The position numbers and the translations under genes were made by a program. A stretch of 64,000 bases of DNA from Bugula neritina. Lineage: Eukaryota; Animalia; Bryozoa. Below, in pieces: positions 40,001-52,562 of the stretch (position 1 is the first letter of the stretch; the number at the start of each line of letters is the position of its first letter). The stretch covers positions 18,506,259 through 18,570,258 of the forward strand of contig OZ037767.1 of assembly GCA_964035545.1 (NCBI GenBank), written 5' to 3'. The notes beneath the pieces were generated by a model. It worked only from the letters and a program-made list of their open reading frames with translations. It did no database searches and was not told where the DNA came from.

Positions 40001-40943
40001 TATATTATTATGTTTATTATCAATGATTAAATTTAAAATCAAATTTAAAAATCTGATTATCAAATTTTATATTATCAATAACTGATATTATAATATAAAT
40101 TAAACTGTAATGATTAATAGTAATATGAATATTATTATTTTGCTTACTCAGCCTAATGAGAAATTTTAACACATCACTGTTATAATAAATAAATTTTTAC
40201 AATTTAGTGTTTACATTAGACAATCATTAGTCACTTTAGTGATTAATATCAAGATTGTTAGTGTTATACTTACTCGTACTCTTTATGTTACTATTACTAT
40301 TGGTATTAGTATCAGTATTACTAGTAGTACAACTACCAGCTGATCGCAATGACAATGATAAATGATTATATTTACAGTGATGTTCATATTGATAAACACA
40401 TTGGTAATCATTAAGTCATAATGACTCTGAGTAATGACTGTTATTCATGATCATTAATTTGTAAGTGTAACTATAAGTATATCAAACTCAATTAATGTTA
40501 GTTATATGAAATACAATGAAATATTATTATATGATTATCATAAACATTGGGATTGTCATTGAAAGTAATTTTGACTATCGCATTGTGAGTAATTGAGTCA
40601 CTAACTTTTAAATGGAATTACAATAAAGAGAATACTTTTAGTGCACAACATGTTTGTTTTAACTATTTGTTTGTAGCAACAGGGTATTGCAACAGGAAGT
40701 AAAATGAAATCATTATTGTTATTTTATTTTGTGTTGTACTTTAACAATTTAAATCTTATTTTAGCCATGTGTCTTGCTTGTATTACAACAATCGTGACCT
40801 TATATAACTTTTTTTTAAATTTTTAATAGCTTCAAAAATAATTTTGTTAGTTTTGTAGCCAGGTTTTGGTGCACAGTATGTATGGCATGCTGCTTCAGAT
40901 GTTTTATAAGGATGTTGATGATTGTAGAAGGTTTCCTTGCAGG

Positions 40944-42325
40944 ATGCCTCCTAAACGAATGAGAGACCGAGCTGCAGGACCAAAATCGCGGCAGCCACCC
41001 ACTCAAGCATCTTCTGGCAGCAGGTCTGAGGTATGTGATTCAGCCATCTTTTTGTAAATTGTACGAACTTCATGAATGTACGAACAATCCATTTGTTTGG
41101 CCAACAAAGCATAAGTTTGTGGTTCTGTTTTTCTAGCTGGCAGATGGTGAAGGCGATGTAGCACAAGCCCAATTGGTAAGATTTAACTCCTGTAATCATT
41201 TCTCTATTTGAATCTTTATTTTTGGTGGTATTGATTGAGAAGATTTATTCTAGCTTCTAAAGCATTTATTTGGGAGTAGATATTTTCTATTGTAATACAA
41301 ATTCTGCTGACCTTTTAGAGTTACCTGCAAGAGGTTGCCTGGTGTCTAGATAGACTGGAGGCACTGATGAACAAGAAAGGCACTTCTGCCAAACAAGGTT
41401 AGTAGTTTTCTATTATATATTTGTAACAGCTGCCAATACTCTTCAATTTTCCGTTTTTTATTTTATCAAATAGATGTAAGATTTTGTTATCTGGCATGAG
41501 TTATATTATGCAAAGAATTGAGTTATTTGCTTAAAATAAATAATATTATATGATTAAGTTTATTCAACCACTCATTTGGAGTTTGATTTGGCTAGGATGT
41601 TCTGTTACAACCAAAGCATATTTTAGTCGTCTTATTTTCCTCAGTCGTCAAATTTAGTTCCTTGTCCTTCTGTTGTCATGGAATGCCATTTCTATGGTTA
41701 CAGTTGAAGAAGCTAGAAAAGCATGGAAGACGTTATCCAACCCCAACAGCCCTCTAGTCAGTAAACGTCAGACAATGAGGATGATGTTTGGTGACTATAG
41801 GCAAAAGATGGAGGAGGAAGAAAAACAATTTTCTCTAAGTACGGAATTATGAAATATTTTAATTTAATTCGTCTTTATTTGTTATTACTTTTTGACAGGA
41901 ATGAACCAATTTTATTTTGTAAGTTCTTTGTTGCTTGGCTTATTTTTAGGGGAAGGGGAATTTTCATAATCTAGAGTGGCTCAGTGTTTAGTCTAATGAC
42001 ATTTCAGTTATTGATTTTATTATTATAACATAACATTATAATAAACTTTATAGGGCCACAGGGAATGACTATATCACAAGTCACAAGTGACAAAGCACCA
42101 AAGAGTAAATATCTCAGACCTAGCTCTCAGACTGCAGCTAATAGCCTCAGCTCTACAACTAAAAACTTTGAATTTAGTTTTCACATATCTGAAGAATCCA
42201 AACTAGCTAATGGAAAATCATACTTTGCAAAAGAAACAGTGGAATGCGAGAAGTCCTATAGCAATGTACAATCTGCTGATAAACCTTTCACCTTCAACTT
42301 TGACATAGCTAGTGCAGATACCTGA
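40944..42325 (+). CDS. C8orf33: UPF0488 / C8orf33 homolog, 203 aa
   Basis: Exons 40944-41030, 41137-41175, 41319-41397, 41704-41838, 42054-42325 in phase; EVAWCLDRLE, KTLSNPNSPLVSKRQTMRMMFGDYRQKM and C-terminal FTFNF match the family pattern. Confidence 0.88.
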
Positions 42326-43401
42326 TTTCTATTTCCTCTTATGGAATTCGTGTATATTCTGTCGATACTTGGTTTGTTGTAACCTGAAGAATTTTTATAT
42401 CATGTTTAATATTTGGCAAATTAGCAAAATAAAATTACATTTTACAGGTTGCCAGTTTTTAGTTTTATAATGGCTTTTGTGAAATTCAAGCAGTCTTTTT
42501 ATTTCAGTTGACTGGTATACTTTTAAATAAATAAAGCTAAATTATTTTATCAATTAATTTTTAATTTAAATTAATAATATTTCATTTAAATCTTGCAGCT
42601 TAAGACGAGCTTATTTTACACTAGGCAAACGCTACTCTGACATTATCTATAGCTTGTAATTTGCAAGTGAGCCCTGCTGATTAATATGAGGGGGAATAAC
42701 TCTATATTATACAGCACGGCGAGTGCAGAAGCTCAGTTCCACCTGTTAAATTTTTATAGTTTATAGCACAGCATGTCATGAACAATATGCTTTGCTAGTG
42801 GTTTCCAGTCAAACACATGTAGAAATGTTGCTGATGTATATTTGGACCGAAAATAGTTATTTTGTGGTTCTGTTTTAGAGTAGTCATAGTGGTTAGTGCA
42901 GCAGTCAGAATTTCATTTTTTTATTGGCTAGTTTGAGAGGTTTTCGGGCGGCAATGTCAAGTTTCATATCTGTAGCCCTTTGATGGCATATTGGTTTGTA
43001 AAAGTCGCAGTAGGAACTCTAATTGGTAGAGAAGTATAGCCACCTTGTCAGGCTAAATCCATGGCGTTTCTAGAGCCAATGCCTTAGCTATGGTGTCATG
43101 CACATCCGCACCTCTAAGCCTCTCGATTAACGCGCTCATCAAAATTAACTGATAAATTGGTTTATTATTTCTACCCACTTTTACATAACACCAGCCGGTA
43201 AGTTATTTTAGTAGGGTGCGCTCTTTGCCTGAGCAACAACAATTTATTTGAAATTAAAATACTGTTTACAATGCAAGATTCAATACACCATTTGCAAGAG
43301 CAGATGACCATCTAAAACATGTACATCAACAAACATGAATAAAATACAATAAATACTACAACAATAATAAATTATATGACAGAATTCATTTGCAGAACGA
43401 T

Positions 43402-45934
43402 TTATGATTCTAAATCTTTCATTTGATAGGCAGAGCTGGCTGTTTCATCTTGTTGGTGAATGGAATGCTTTGACTGCTCTGCTGACTGGAACATAGCAAC
43501 AATCTCTTCTGTTGACTTATTTTTTGTTTCCGGAACTTTGAAGTACGTGAATATGACGAAGAGAGCGAGAAGAATGATGAAGGGAACAAAGACATATAGC
43601 CCCAGGCCTCGCTAAAACAAAACATGTACTCTAAAATCTCAGTTTTGTAAACTTCAAAAATACAAATTAGTAAAACATCTGAATGAAAGTTGTGTATAGC
43701 AGGTAATTAATTGCCTGGCTGTATTAAACATGTAACACTTGTGCGATATGAAAACCTGAGTGTAGGGGGAGACTATTTACCTGCGTGTAAGGAAAGACTA
43801 TTTACCTGCATATAAGGAAAGACAAGGCCAGATATCAGGTTAGCCAGCCAGTTGACAAGAGTTGCCAGACTGATAGCATAAGGTCTAGCTGTCTGATCAA
43901 ACAGCTCAGCTGTGATAAACCAGGGGATGGATCCAGGACCAATAGCAAACATGACGATGAAGAGAACTAAAGCTACAATGCTCAGGTACTTAGCCCAGTC
44001 ATACTTTTCCTACAAGGCAGAGAACCAATCACATAAGCTAATACATCCTCTAATTTATTACACACAGCTTGACTCCATTCTTTAAAGTTGAAAAAAAATC
44101 TTAGATCATTGTAGTTATAAAAGTTTACAAAAAATATATTTTGTTATAATGAAAAGCAGTCTTGGTAAAAAAATTCAGATAGAAAACAAATTTACTTGAG
44201 CCCACACATCACCATTTCACCAAGTCATAGGTTGGCTTATAGTGCTAGTTAGTAGAATGTAGAGTTATTCTCTCAATGCTGCTTTACTTCAATGCGATTA
44301 TTATACTAGGCAACCATGAACCACACTGTGGGTGTATGTTTCACGGCATAAAATTATTCTAACATTTCAAGACATTTCATCTTGTCACCAGTGGACACAC
44401 CGCATCAAATTAAAATCCTAATTCAAAACATGGTTCAATGCAGGTTCAATGCAGAATCAAATCTACATTTGAATATGATTTAAAACAGACAGAGCCCAAT
44501 ACGCTATGACTTATACAGAGGAACCACAGAAGTTACAATCACTACGTCATAGGAAATGCTCACACATGATCGAATACCGTTTACATCAAATGAAAAACCA
44601 CACATTCATATGCAAAAAAATTTGTCTTTTATTAAAATTAGACAACTCCTCTTTAATTTTTTCCAGCTGTACACACATTATGCTGCCGAATAATTATGTA
44701 AACAAACATGGCTGCTATTGAGTCAGTGTGAACATTCATGATAATTCCATGCAACCCGCTTTCTCTCAGCTTTTCCTAAATAAAATTTATTAAATGAAGA
44801 AACTTTGAGTTGTGGTGTATAGAGTATATAATGTAGTGTATAGAGTATAGAATGTAGTGTATAGAGTATAGAATGTATATAGAGTGTGCATAGAATGCAT
44901 AGAGTGCGTAGAGAGTATAGACTATAGAGTATAGAATGAATAGAGCATAGAATTGACACTGTCCTGATTCACTGAATGAAAAATCCATTCTCATAATGCA
45001 AAGTGTGGGAACATAGTCTACAGACAAACCTGCATGAAGAGAGCAATAGTGATGAGTATCATCGACAGCAGGCAGCCTGAGAGACCACCCAGGTGTAGGG
45101 GGCGTCGCCCTATACGGTCCATGAACCCTACACTGATGATCGTCATGGTAACGAGAATACCAGATGTGCCCAGAGTGGCGTACTGTGACTCATTCTCCTC
45201 TAAGCCAACACTGATGAAGATACTTGTGGAGTAATTGAGAACCTGAAGTAGAGATCAAAGTTGGTTCAAGTGAAAAAATAAAATTTTTATTTTGAATTTC
45301 AAGGAACCATCAAAATATTGAGCTACCAAAATATAAATTGTAAACACATTGTCTGTGAAGTAACAACAGTATACAAAATTGAGTACATAAGTTATACTAC
45401 AGCTAGCCAGGGTGAAGGTATAAGTTATACTACACTTAGCTAGAATAAAGATATTACTTGAGTGCTTACTCACGGCTATGATCCCAGAGAACTGCTGGGA
45501 AAGTTGAAGGACTATGGCTATAAGTAAAGGTGTCCTCAGATGACTCAGCTTAAACATACTTGCAAATGAGAGCTACAAATAACATACTTTAGTGTACTAG
45601 CACCAACTATTGAACATTCTATCACATTCAATTCTTTTGGTCAGTCAGTGATGACTTATTAAATAAAAACAAGAACATTATTTTGGTATTTTCAAACATA
45701 ATAATATCTAAAGAAAAAATACCCAAGTATGTGTATTAATCCAGTAGTAGTAGTGGTTGTGGTGGTAGAAGCAGCAGCAGTGGCCACAGCAGCAGTAGTA
45801 GTGGCAGTAATACTAGTGGTGGTGGTAGCAGCCGCAGCAGTAGTAGAAGCAGTAGTAGAAGCAGTAGTAGTAGCAGTAGTAGTAGCAGTAGTAGCAACAG
45901 TAGTAGTAGCAGTAGTAGTAGCAGTAGTAGCAAC

Positions 45935-45965
<31 letters not shown>

Positions 45966-48900
45966 GCAGTAGTAGTAGCAGTAGCAGCAGTAGCAGTAGT
46001 AGTTATTACAAAAAGTATAGCGTTTTATAACAATAATGCGATAGCTGACATGATTGAAAGAAATAAATGGGAGTTGTCCCTTCTATACGCTAACCTTGAC
46101 TTGCTGCTTAATTTCAGTGACTTCTAGATTGTAGGCTGACAACTGTTCATCAACATTTGTATCTCCTCTAAGAGAGATCAAAGCTTCTCTACTTTTCTGT
46201 GGTTTTGATTCAGTAATATACAACCAGGAAGGACTCTCTGGGCAGAAAGGTAAGAGGAGCAGCTGTATCAGTGAGGCCACAGCAGGCATACCTGAAATAG
46301 TAAATACACACAAAAATTTTATTATTATGTAATCCCTAAGTCTCACTCACTGGTATTCAACTACTCGGTCTCACTTACTGGTATTCAATCACTCAGTCTC
46401 ACTTACTGGTATTCAATCACTCAGTCTCACTTAATGGTATTCAATCACTCAGTCTCACTCACTAGTATTCAATAACTTAGTCTCACTCACATTCAACAAG
46501 ACAATTTAATAGTTAATACATATCAGAAATATCCTACCAAATAGCAATGAATACAGCTCGAGATTCCCCAACACCTCCTTCAGACCTAAAACTTGAGCAA
46601 TGAGTATTCCGGAAGTGACGCCCAGCTGGTGTAGAGTTCCGATGGCACCCCTGAGGTTGATGGGGGAGATCTCGTTGAGGTAAAGAGGCGCCACCACTGT
46701 ACTGTAACCTGCAGAGTAAACAAGACATGTACTGTAACCTGCAGAGTAAACAAGACATGTACTGTAACCTGCAGAATAAACAAGACTTGTACTGTAACCT
46801 GCAGAGTAAACAAGACATGCACTGTAACCTGTAGAGTAAACAAAACTAACCGTTACTAATACCCAACACAATTCTGCCTGCAATCATTAGACCCGGTGTT
46901 TGGGCGTACTTAGCTGCCACCATAAGCCCCGCCCCGACCAATAGGAATATATTGTTTACCAACATCGTCTTCTTTCTAGAAAAAAAATATGAGACAATAA
47001 AAAAGTATATATAACAATAAAACCTCACTGAATGACCATCTTCACGTATTTTACTTTTGAATATTATTTCAAACATTGAGTTGCAGGAGTAGAGATTTGC
47101 AGACTGTAATGAATGCAAATCTGACAGTAAGTGGGCTAAGGCGTTGTTTCAAATGTGACACAAATACTATTATGATTAGATGCTCTCCCTAATATATTAA
47201 TGGTCCTGCCAGATTTGAGGCTATGGCATAGTGAGCCTGTACTCTAGCCACTAGCCTACTGCTCCTCAACATTACCATACTGTAATGCTGTTTTTCAACT
47301 AAAACAATTTATTGACAACACATCTTATAATTTGCAAAAATAAGTAAAATACATAATTTAGAGATTCCTAATCACCTTCCAAATTTTGTGGCAAAGAAGC
47401 CTCCGGTGAAACCGGCCAGCATGCCACCAGCGGCCCAGATAGAGACCGTAACAGACCACAGCAGTACTGTCTTATCCTCAGTTAGCACAGGCTGGGTGTC
47501 GTTAGTCTGTTCAGAGGATTGGAAGCCATAACGGTATTCATCCTGAAGGAGCTACAGGTAGAAACAGAGATGAGTCATAAATGAGTCATGGTCTAGTCTG
47601 CACATGTGCAGTGAATATATACAGGTAATAGACACAAGTATGAAGGAAATGAGCCATGTGTAATATTGGTAGTAAATTCCTTGTTGAGTTTCCTAAATTT
47701 GCAAATAACCAATCTCTCTGAATCTACAAGTAACAGAGAAAACAGAGCTACATTTTTCTCTACAGAGTACTGGCTATGAAGTCCTCAGTATTTCAAAAAC
47801 AAGCTTTTTATTCTTAAGAAGTTTCTCATCAATCATTTCTGTTGACACATTTTTGTGAAGATAACACCATAAACTAAAAAATCTAAATTTGCATTTCTTT
47901 AAAAAATCAAGTAACCATACGTTTTTATTTTAGCTTTAAAGAGTAAAGCATCCAAACGGAATTTATTTTATATAACATCACGCGATACGATTCAGCTAGT
48001 GAAAGTATCTCCAAGATCTTTACCTTCTGAGGTGTATTGAGAACTCCATTTTGAAACCCAAACTGAAAAGAACAACCGATGACGCTGACAAACACAGAGA
48101 GAGCTAGCATGCCCGTCAACTTTCCCTGTAACAGAAAACACATTAGATAGGACAGGTATGAGTTTTATGCCTCTTCATTAATCACATTGAGCCTAATTTG
48201 CAATACAGATTACTTTCTACATACAAAATCCATGTACAACAGTGAAGAACTAGTAAACTATTGATTTCATTCTTTCAATTATTTTAATTTTTCATTAATA
48301 CCAGCTTAATAGGCAAAAATAATTCCAAAAGTTATATACAATACAATGCCTTTAAAATGTTTAATAGGCCTAATATGTTTTAGTAAAGTAACTGACCCTA
48401 TAAAAATTCAACAACCCCTATAACTTACAAAATAAATTTTTTATTTCATCACACATTAGTTGAGTTAATTTATCTGATTCCATGACAACAGCTACAATAA
48501 GGTCACACTATCACTAAATTACGAAAAATAAACATTTTCTGTAGGCCTACATTCCCTGCATGCATTAACATTGCACGACTTTGACCATAGTGGCCCAGCC
48601 AATATACATGCAGCTAAAATTTTTTCACATGCGGTCTAATAGCATTACTCCCTGCCAAAAAATTTCAAAAATGGTGTGTTATAGAAGATGCTCAGGTATT
48701 CGGTTCTGTTTTTGTTTAAGAACAATCGATTTTATGTAGCGAATTGCCCAAAGTTGCTGTTAGTAATAATGGCTGAAACCTACAGCTTTGTCATGGCATG
48801 TAAAACTTGGCCTATCAGCAACGTGTACCAACTCAATTGCTACCGTTATAACTCATATCAAATTCTGCAAGTTCGAGTGCAAAATTCATGCTTATAAAAG

Positions 48901-51344
48901 CTAGTTGCGCAACTTTTGTTTCGTGCATTATTTTATCTAATATCTTAAATTTATGACTCTTGAAATTATTTTTTCAAAATGTCTAAACTAAGTGTTTATA
49001 AAATTCAATTAAAAATTGTATGTCTGCAAAAAATGACCTGGCACAGTTTTGCAGCTTAAGGCCAGTTGTTGCATAACTACTAGCTTTATTTGTTCTCAAT
49101 TATACTAGTATGAATGACTATTGTTCACCCATATGCCAGCTGGTAATGAGTAACTTAATTTGGTACAGAACTCTGATTTGCTAGGTTTTTGAATGGTTTT
49201 CTAATACATGCATCTGATTGCCTGAATAATGGACACTCTGTCTACATTTACATGGTGCAAGCTGCAGGGTAGTATTATACCAACTTTCCTTGTAGCTCGC
49301 ACCACGGAAATGTAAACAGAGTGTACATTATTTAGGCAACCGGATGCATGTATTAGAAGATCATTCAAAAACCCAGCCAATCAGAGTTCTGTACCAAATT
49401 AAGTTACTAATTACCAGCTGGCATAATGGCAGACAATAGTTATTCATACTAGTATAATAGAGAACAAATAAAGCTAGCAGTTATGCAACAATTGGTCTCA
49501 AGCTGCAAAACTGTACCAGGTCATTTTTGTAGACATACAATTTTTAAATGAATTTTATAAACACTTATTTTAGACATTTTGAAAAATAATTTCAAGAGTC
49601 ATAAAGCTGAGAGATGAAATAAAATAATGCACGAAACAAGTTGCACAACCAGTTTTTAGAAGCATGCCTTTTGCACTTGAACTTGCAGAATTTGATATGT
49701 TATAATGGTGAGAATTGAGTTGGTACACTTTGCTGATTGGCTGAGTTTTACATGGTCTATTCAGTACTTACTAGTAGTGTTATACAGGTTGGTATACCAT
49801 GTGTGTTGGTATACAGTGTGTGTTATACCACCTAGTATATTAACAATTTTGTACTGGTTTGGTGTATGACTGTATGGTGTAAATTTAGTATGATGGTGTG
49901 TATCACATAAAAGTTATTACATATTGTTATCGATTCATGATGTCATTGTTATGACGGTGTGCAGCTTTTAAAGAGCCTATTTTCTATTCCACTAAACATT
50001 AGCTGTGTTAATTTATCCGATTCCCTGCATGCAATAACATTGAATGGTACAAAAAAATATAAACAACCAAGTAATTCTTTTATAAAATGGTGGTAAAAAC
50101 TATTAGTCTTTCCAGTTTTTATCACAAGTAGAATGCATCTCAAAAGTGAATTCTTTTGACCATCAAAACTGAACAATTGAATCATAAGAAAATATAAATA
50201 AAATCATAGGACTTTACAAATGTATAAAACAACATTGGTGCACTAATTCAAACTGCAATTTTTTTGAAGCACATTCAACAGTTTTGAAAATTTGAATCAC
50301 TGAAAAATAAATGTGTGGGTTTCAATTCTACAAGTAATAATAGCTTGCTTCATATCTTGAGAATATAATAGTGACTGGGGGACGCTTTGAAGCCACAACT
50401 AATGCTTTACACTTTAAAAAAACACAAAGTTCTGAAGAATATTAACTTCAAACTTGATGTTAGTCAGTTTAAAATTTTGTTGACAAAACATTCTTTCAAT
50501 TTTATTTATTGTCAAGCTGCAAAAAAAGCTAAACAAATCTGAATGCTAACTATTATGATATATTTGGCAACAATGTAGTGAACTTGTAATTTATTACATA
50601 ATATAGAGCCAAAATGAACACGTCTTTGACAGGCTTGACTAGCAACTGGGTCAAACTCTCAAATCATAGAAAGCAGTCAACATAAATTAAAAACTATACT
50701 TTTAAAGGTTATAGCAGACAGTTATTTAGTAATATAGCTTTTGTTGTCGCTGATTTTGAGGAGTATTTTGGGAGTATTACAGGTGATACACTGAGTTATA
50801 TCCCCTAAAAGTAAATAGAAATTATTCTAAAGCAATAAGTAAAACACAGTAGCTCTGTTCATCCATAGCTGTTTAATAAATAACTTCAGTTAGCAGTTTA
50901 AACTATGCTGGTTTTTCTATTTCAATTTGTTCAAAATTATATTTAAAGCTCGTTCCCAAATAAAACATTTGAAATCAATATAAAATTGACCACAAACTCT
51001 TTATTCCTAGCTATCAGCAACACTTTTCTCCTAGGCATCGCACATGCCTACAGGAGTCAATTTTTAGGCTATTGTACAATGTAGCTTTTACTTGCAGTGG
51101 CTACTTTTAACATAAAAATGGTGTACCTGAAATAAATGGAGTGTAACTAAAACCCTTACAAGTATATACGTATCAGACTAAAATAGCAAGTTAATAAATC
51201 ACAAATGACCCATAAATATTGATTCTGACTGTTGCTATAGCTGATACAACTATTATTTCTAATATTACTACTTACTGAATATTCAGTCTCTGTGCTATCG
51301 CTGGCAGCATCCCCTGCCAGCTTGGCCGAACTAGAAGTTGCCAT
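43402..51344 (-). CDS. Class I GLUT (SLC2A1/3-like) facilitated sugar transporter
   Basis: Motifs [74 protein letters not shown]; nine exons between 48125 and 43402 plus candidate first exon 51276-51344. Confidence 0.92.
44800..44955. repeat. Degenerate ~21-bp repeat (TATAGAGTATAGAATGTAGTG)
   Basis: Visible tandem units in a GLUT intron. Confidence 0.75.
45743..46003. repeat. (AGT/AGC)n trinucleotide microsatellite
   Basis: Directly visible; source of poly-V/poly-L ORFs. Confidence 0.95.
46338..46492. repeat. 28-bp minisatellite (AGTCTCACTTACTGGTATTCAATCACTC), ~5 copies
   Basis: Directly visible. Confidence 0.85.
46698..46845 (-). repeat. 30-bp tandem repeat, 5 copies, each containing the intron acceptor and first bases of a GLUT exon
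   Basis: Minus-strand unit TGTCTTGTTTACTCTGCAG|GTTACAGTACA. Confidence 0.92.
48797..49754. mobile_element. ~960-bp foldback/palindromic element (diverged long inverted repeat), likely non-autonomous DNA transposon
   Basis: Left arm (CATGTAAAACTTGGCC..) is the reverse complement of the right arm (..GAGTTTTACATG) over ~470 bp with scattered mismatches; centre near 49275. Confidence 0.85.
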
Positions 51345-52562
51345 TGCTAGTTAAATTAAGCAGCTATTCAACACTTGCAAGCACTTGTTAAGGGAGTCAA
51401 TTCAACCTGACAACTAAACTGCTATTAATTACATGGCAAGCTTTTTCCCTGTCACATTATAATATCTACCATCCATTGAAATGGTTACGTAAGCCGAGTT
51501 ACAACTGGTACTAGTTTCAACCTCACTTGTATGTTTATCAATGAAGAAAGTGCTAATAAACAGATAAGAATATTCACTAACATCAACCATCCAGATATAA
51601 CATTGATAAGATGTCTAAACAAGCCACTTGAAAAGTGAAATCAGTCTTTTTCAAAAACTGGTTTCTAAGGAATATTTTTCATGCTTAAAAATAAAAATGC
51701 ACTGCAGTGATGTAGAAAAAGGGTGCTTGGCTGCTGGTGGAGTGTGATTTGAGGTAAAGCTTAGTAGTGGCAGCTGCAGCATGGAGAAGCTTAAAACTAT
51801 TTTTAACTAAAAATTACTTCATTGAAAATGAAAATCATGATGTTTTGCTTCAATTAAATACACTACATGAAAAATAATAAAATCAAGCCTACTCTCACTG
51901 AGCTGGAATATACCTGGAGAGGCCAAGGACGTTTTAGCGTGGCCAAATAGTTTAGCTCCGCCTTAACATGGAAAACTTAACCACGCCTACTTGTTTTGCA
52001 CACAGCAGTAGTAGTAAAATCCATTATAAATGCAAGCTATTAGAGCTAATAAATTAAGGAAAACACTAAAAAATAATGAAAATTCAGCACTGTGAAGCAG
52101 GAATCAATTATTTTGTTTATTTTACTTTTGGTATTTGTAATTTCATGACTAATTATCATTTTATGAAACATGTACCTCAAGTATATATGATGATAACTTT
52201 AATAACCTAACAAATGCATTACATATTTATTGATTAGATCAACACATTAGTCAAAATGAAATGAAAAGCAACAGCAAAGCAAATTTCAGCCTTAGTACAT
52301 GAAAACTGACAGTAAAGATAACAAGTATAAAAGTTTATAAATAATATAAAAAACAGATGGTAAAACACAGCTTTACAAAACAGGCAAGTAACAGATTTCC
52401 TTAAACCTTTCAAAGTTTTAAATTCTGTTTTGAAAGCAATAAGAGATTAAAATAAAATTACAGAATAAACAAAAATTAATATTATATTGCAATAACAATA
52501 TTTGTGATTATCTAATGTTATAATATAAATACAATAAATATGATTAATTAACCACATCCTTA

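Noticed and set aside
45729-46127. Poly-Val/Ala and poly-Leu ORFs
   Set aside because: Trinucleotide microsatellite in a GLUT intron.
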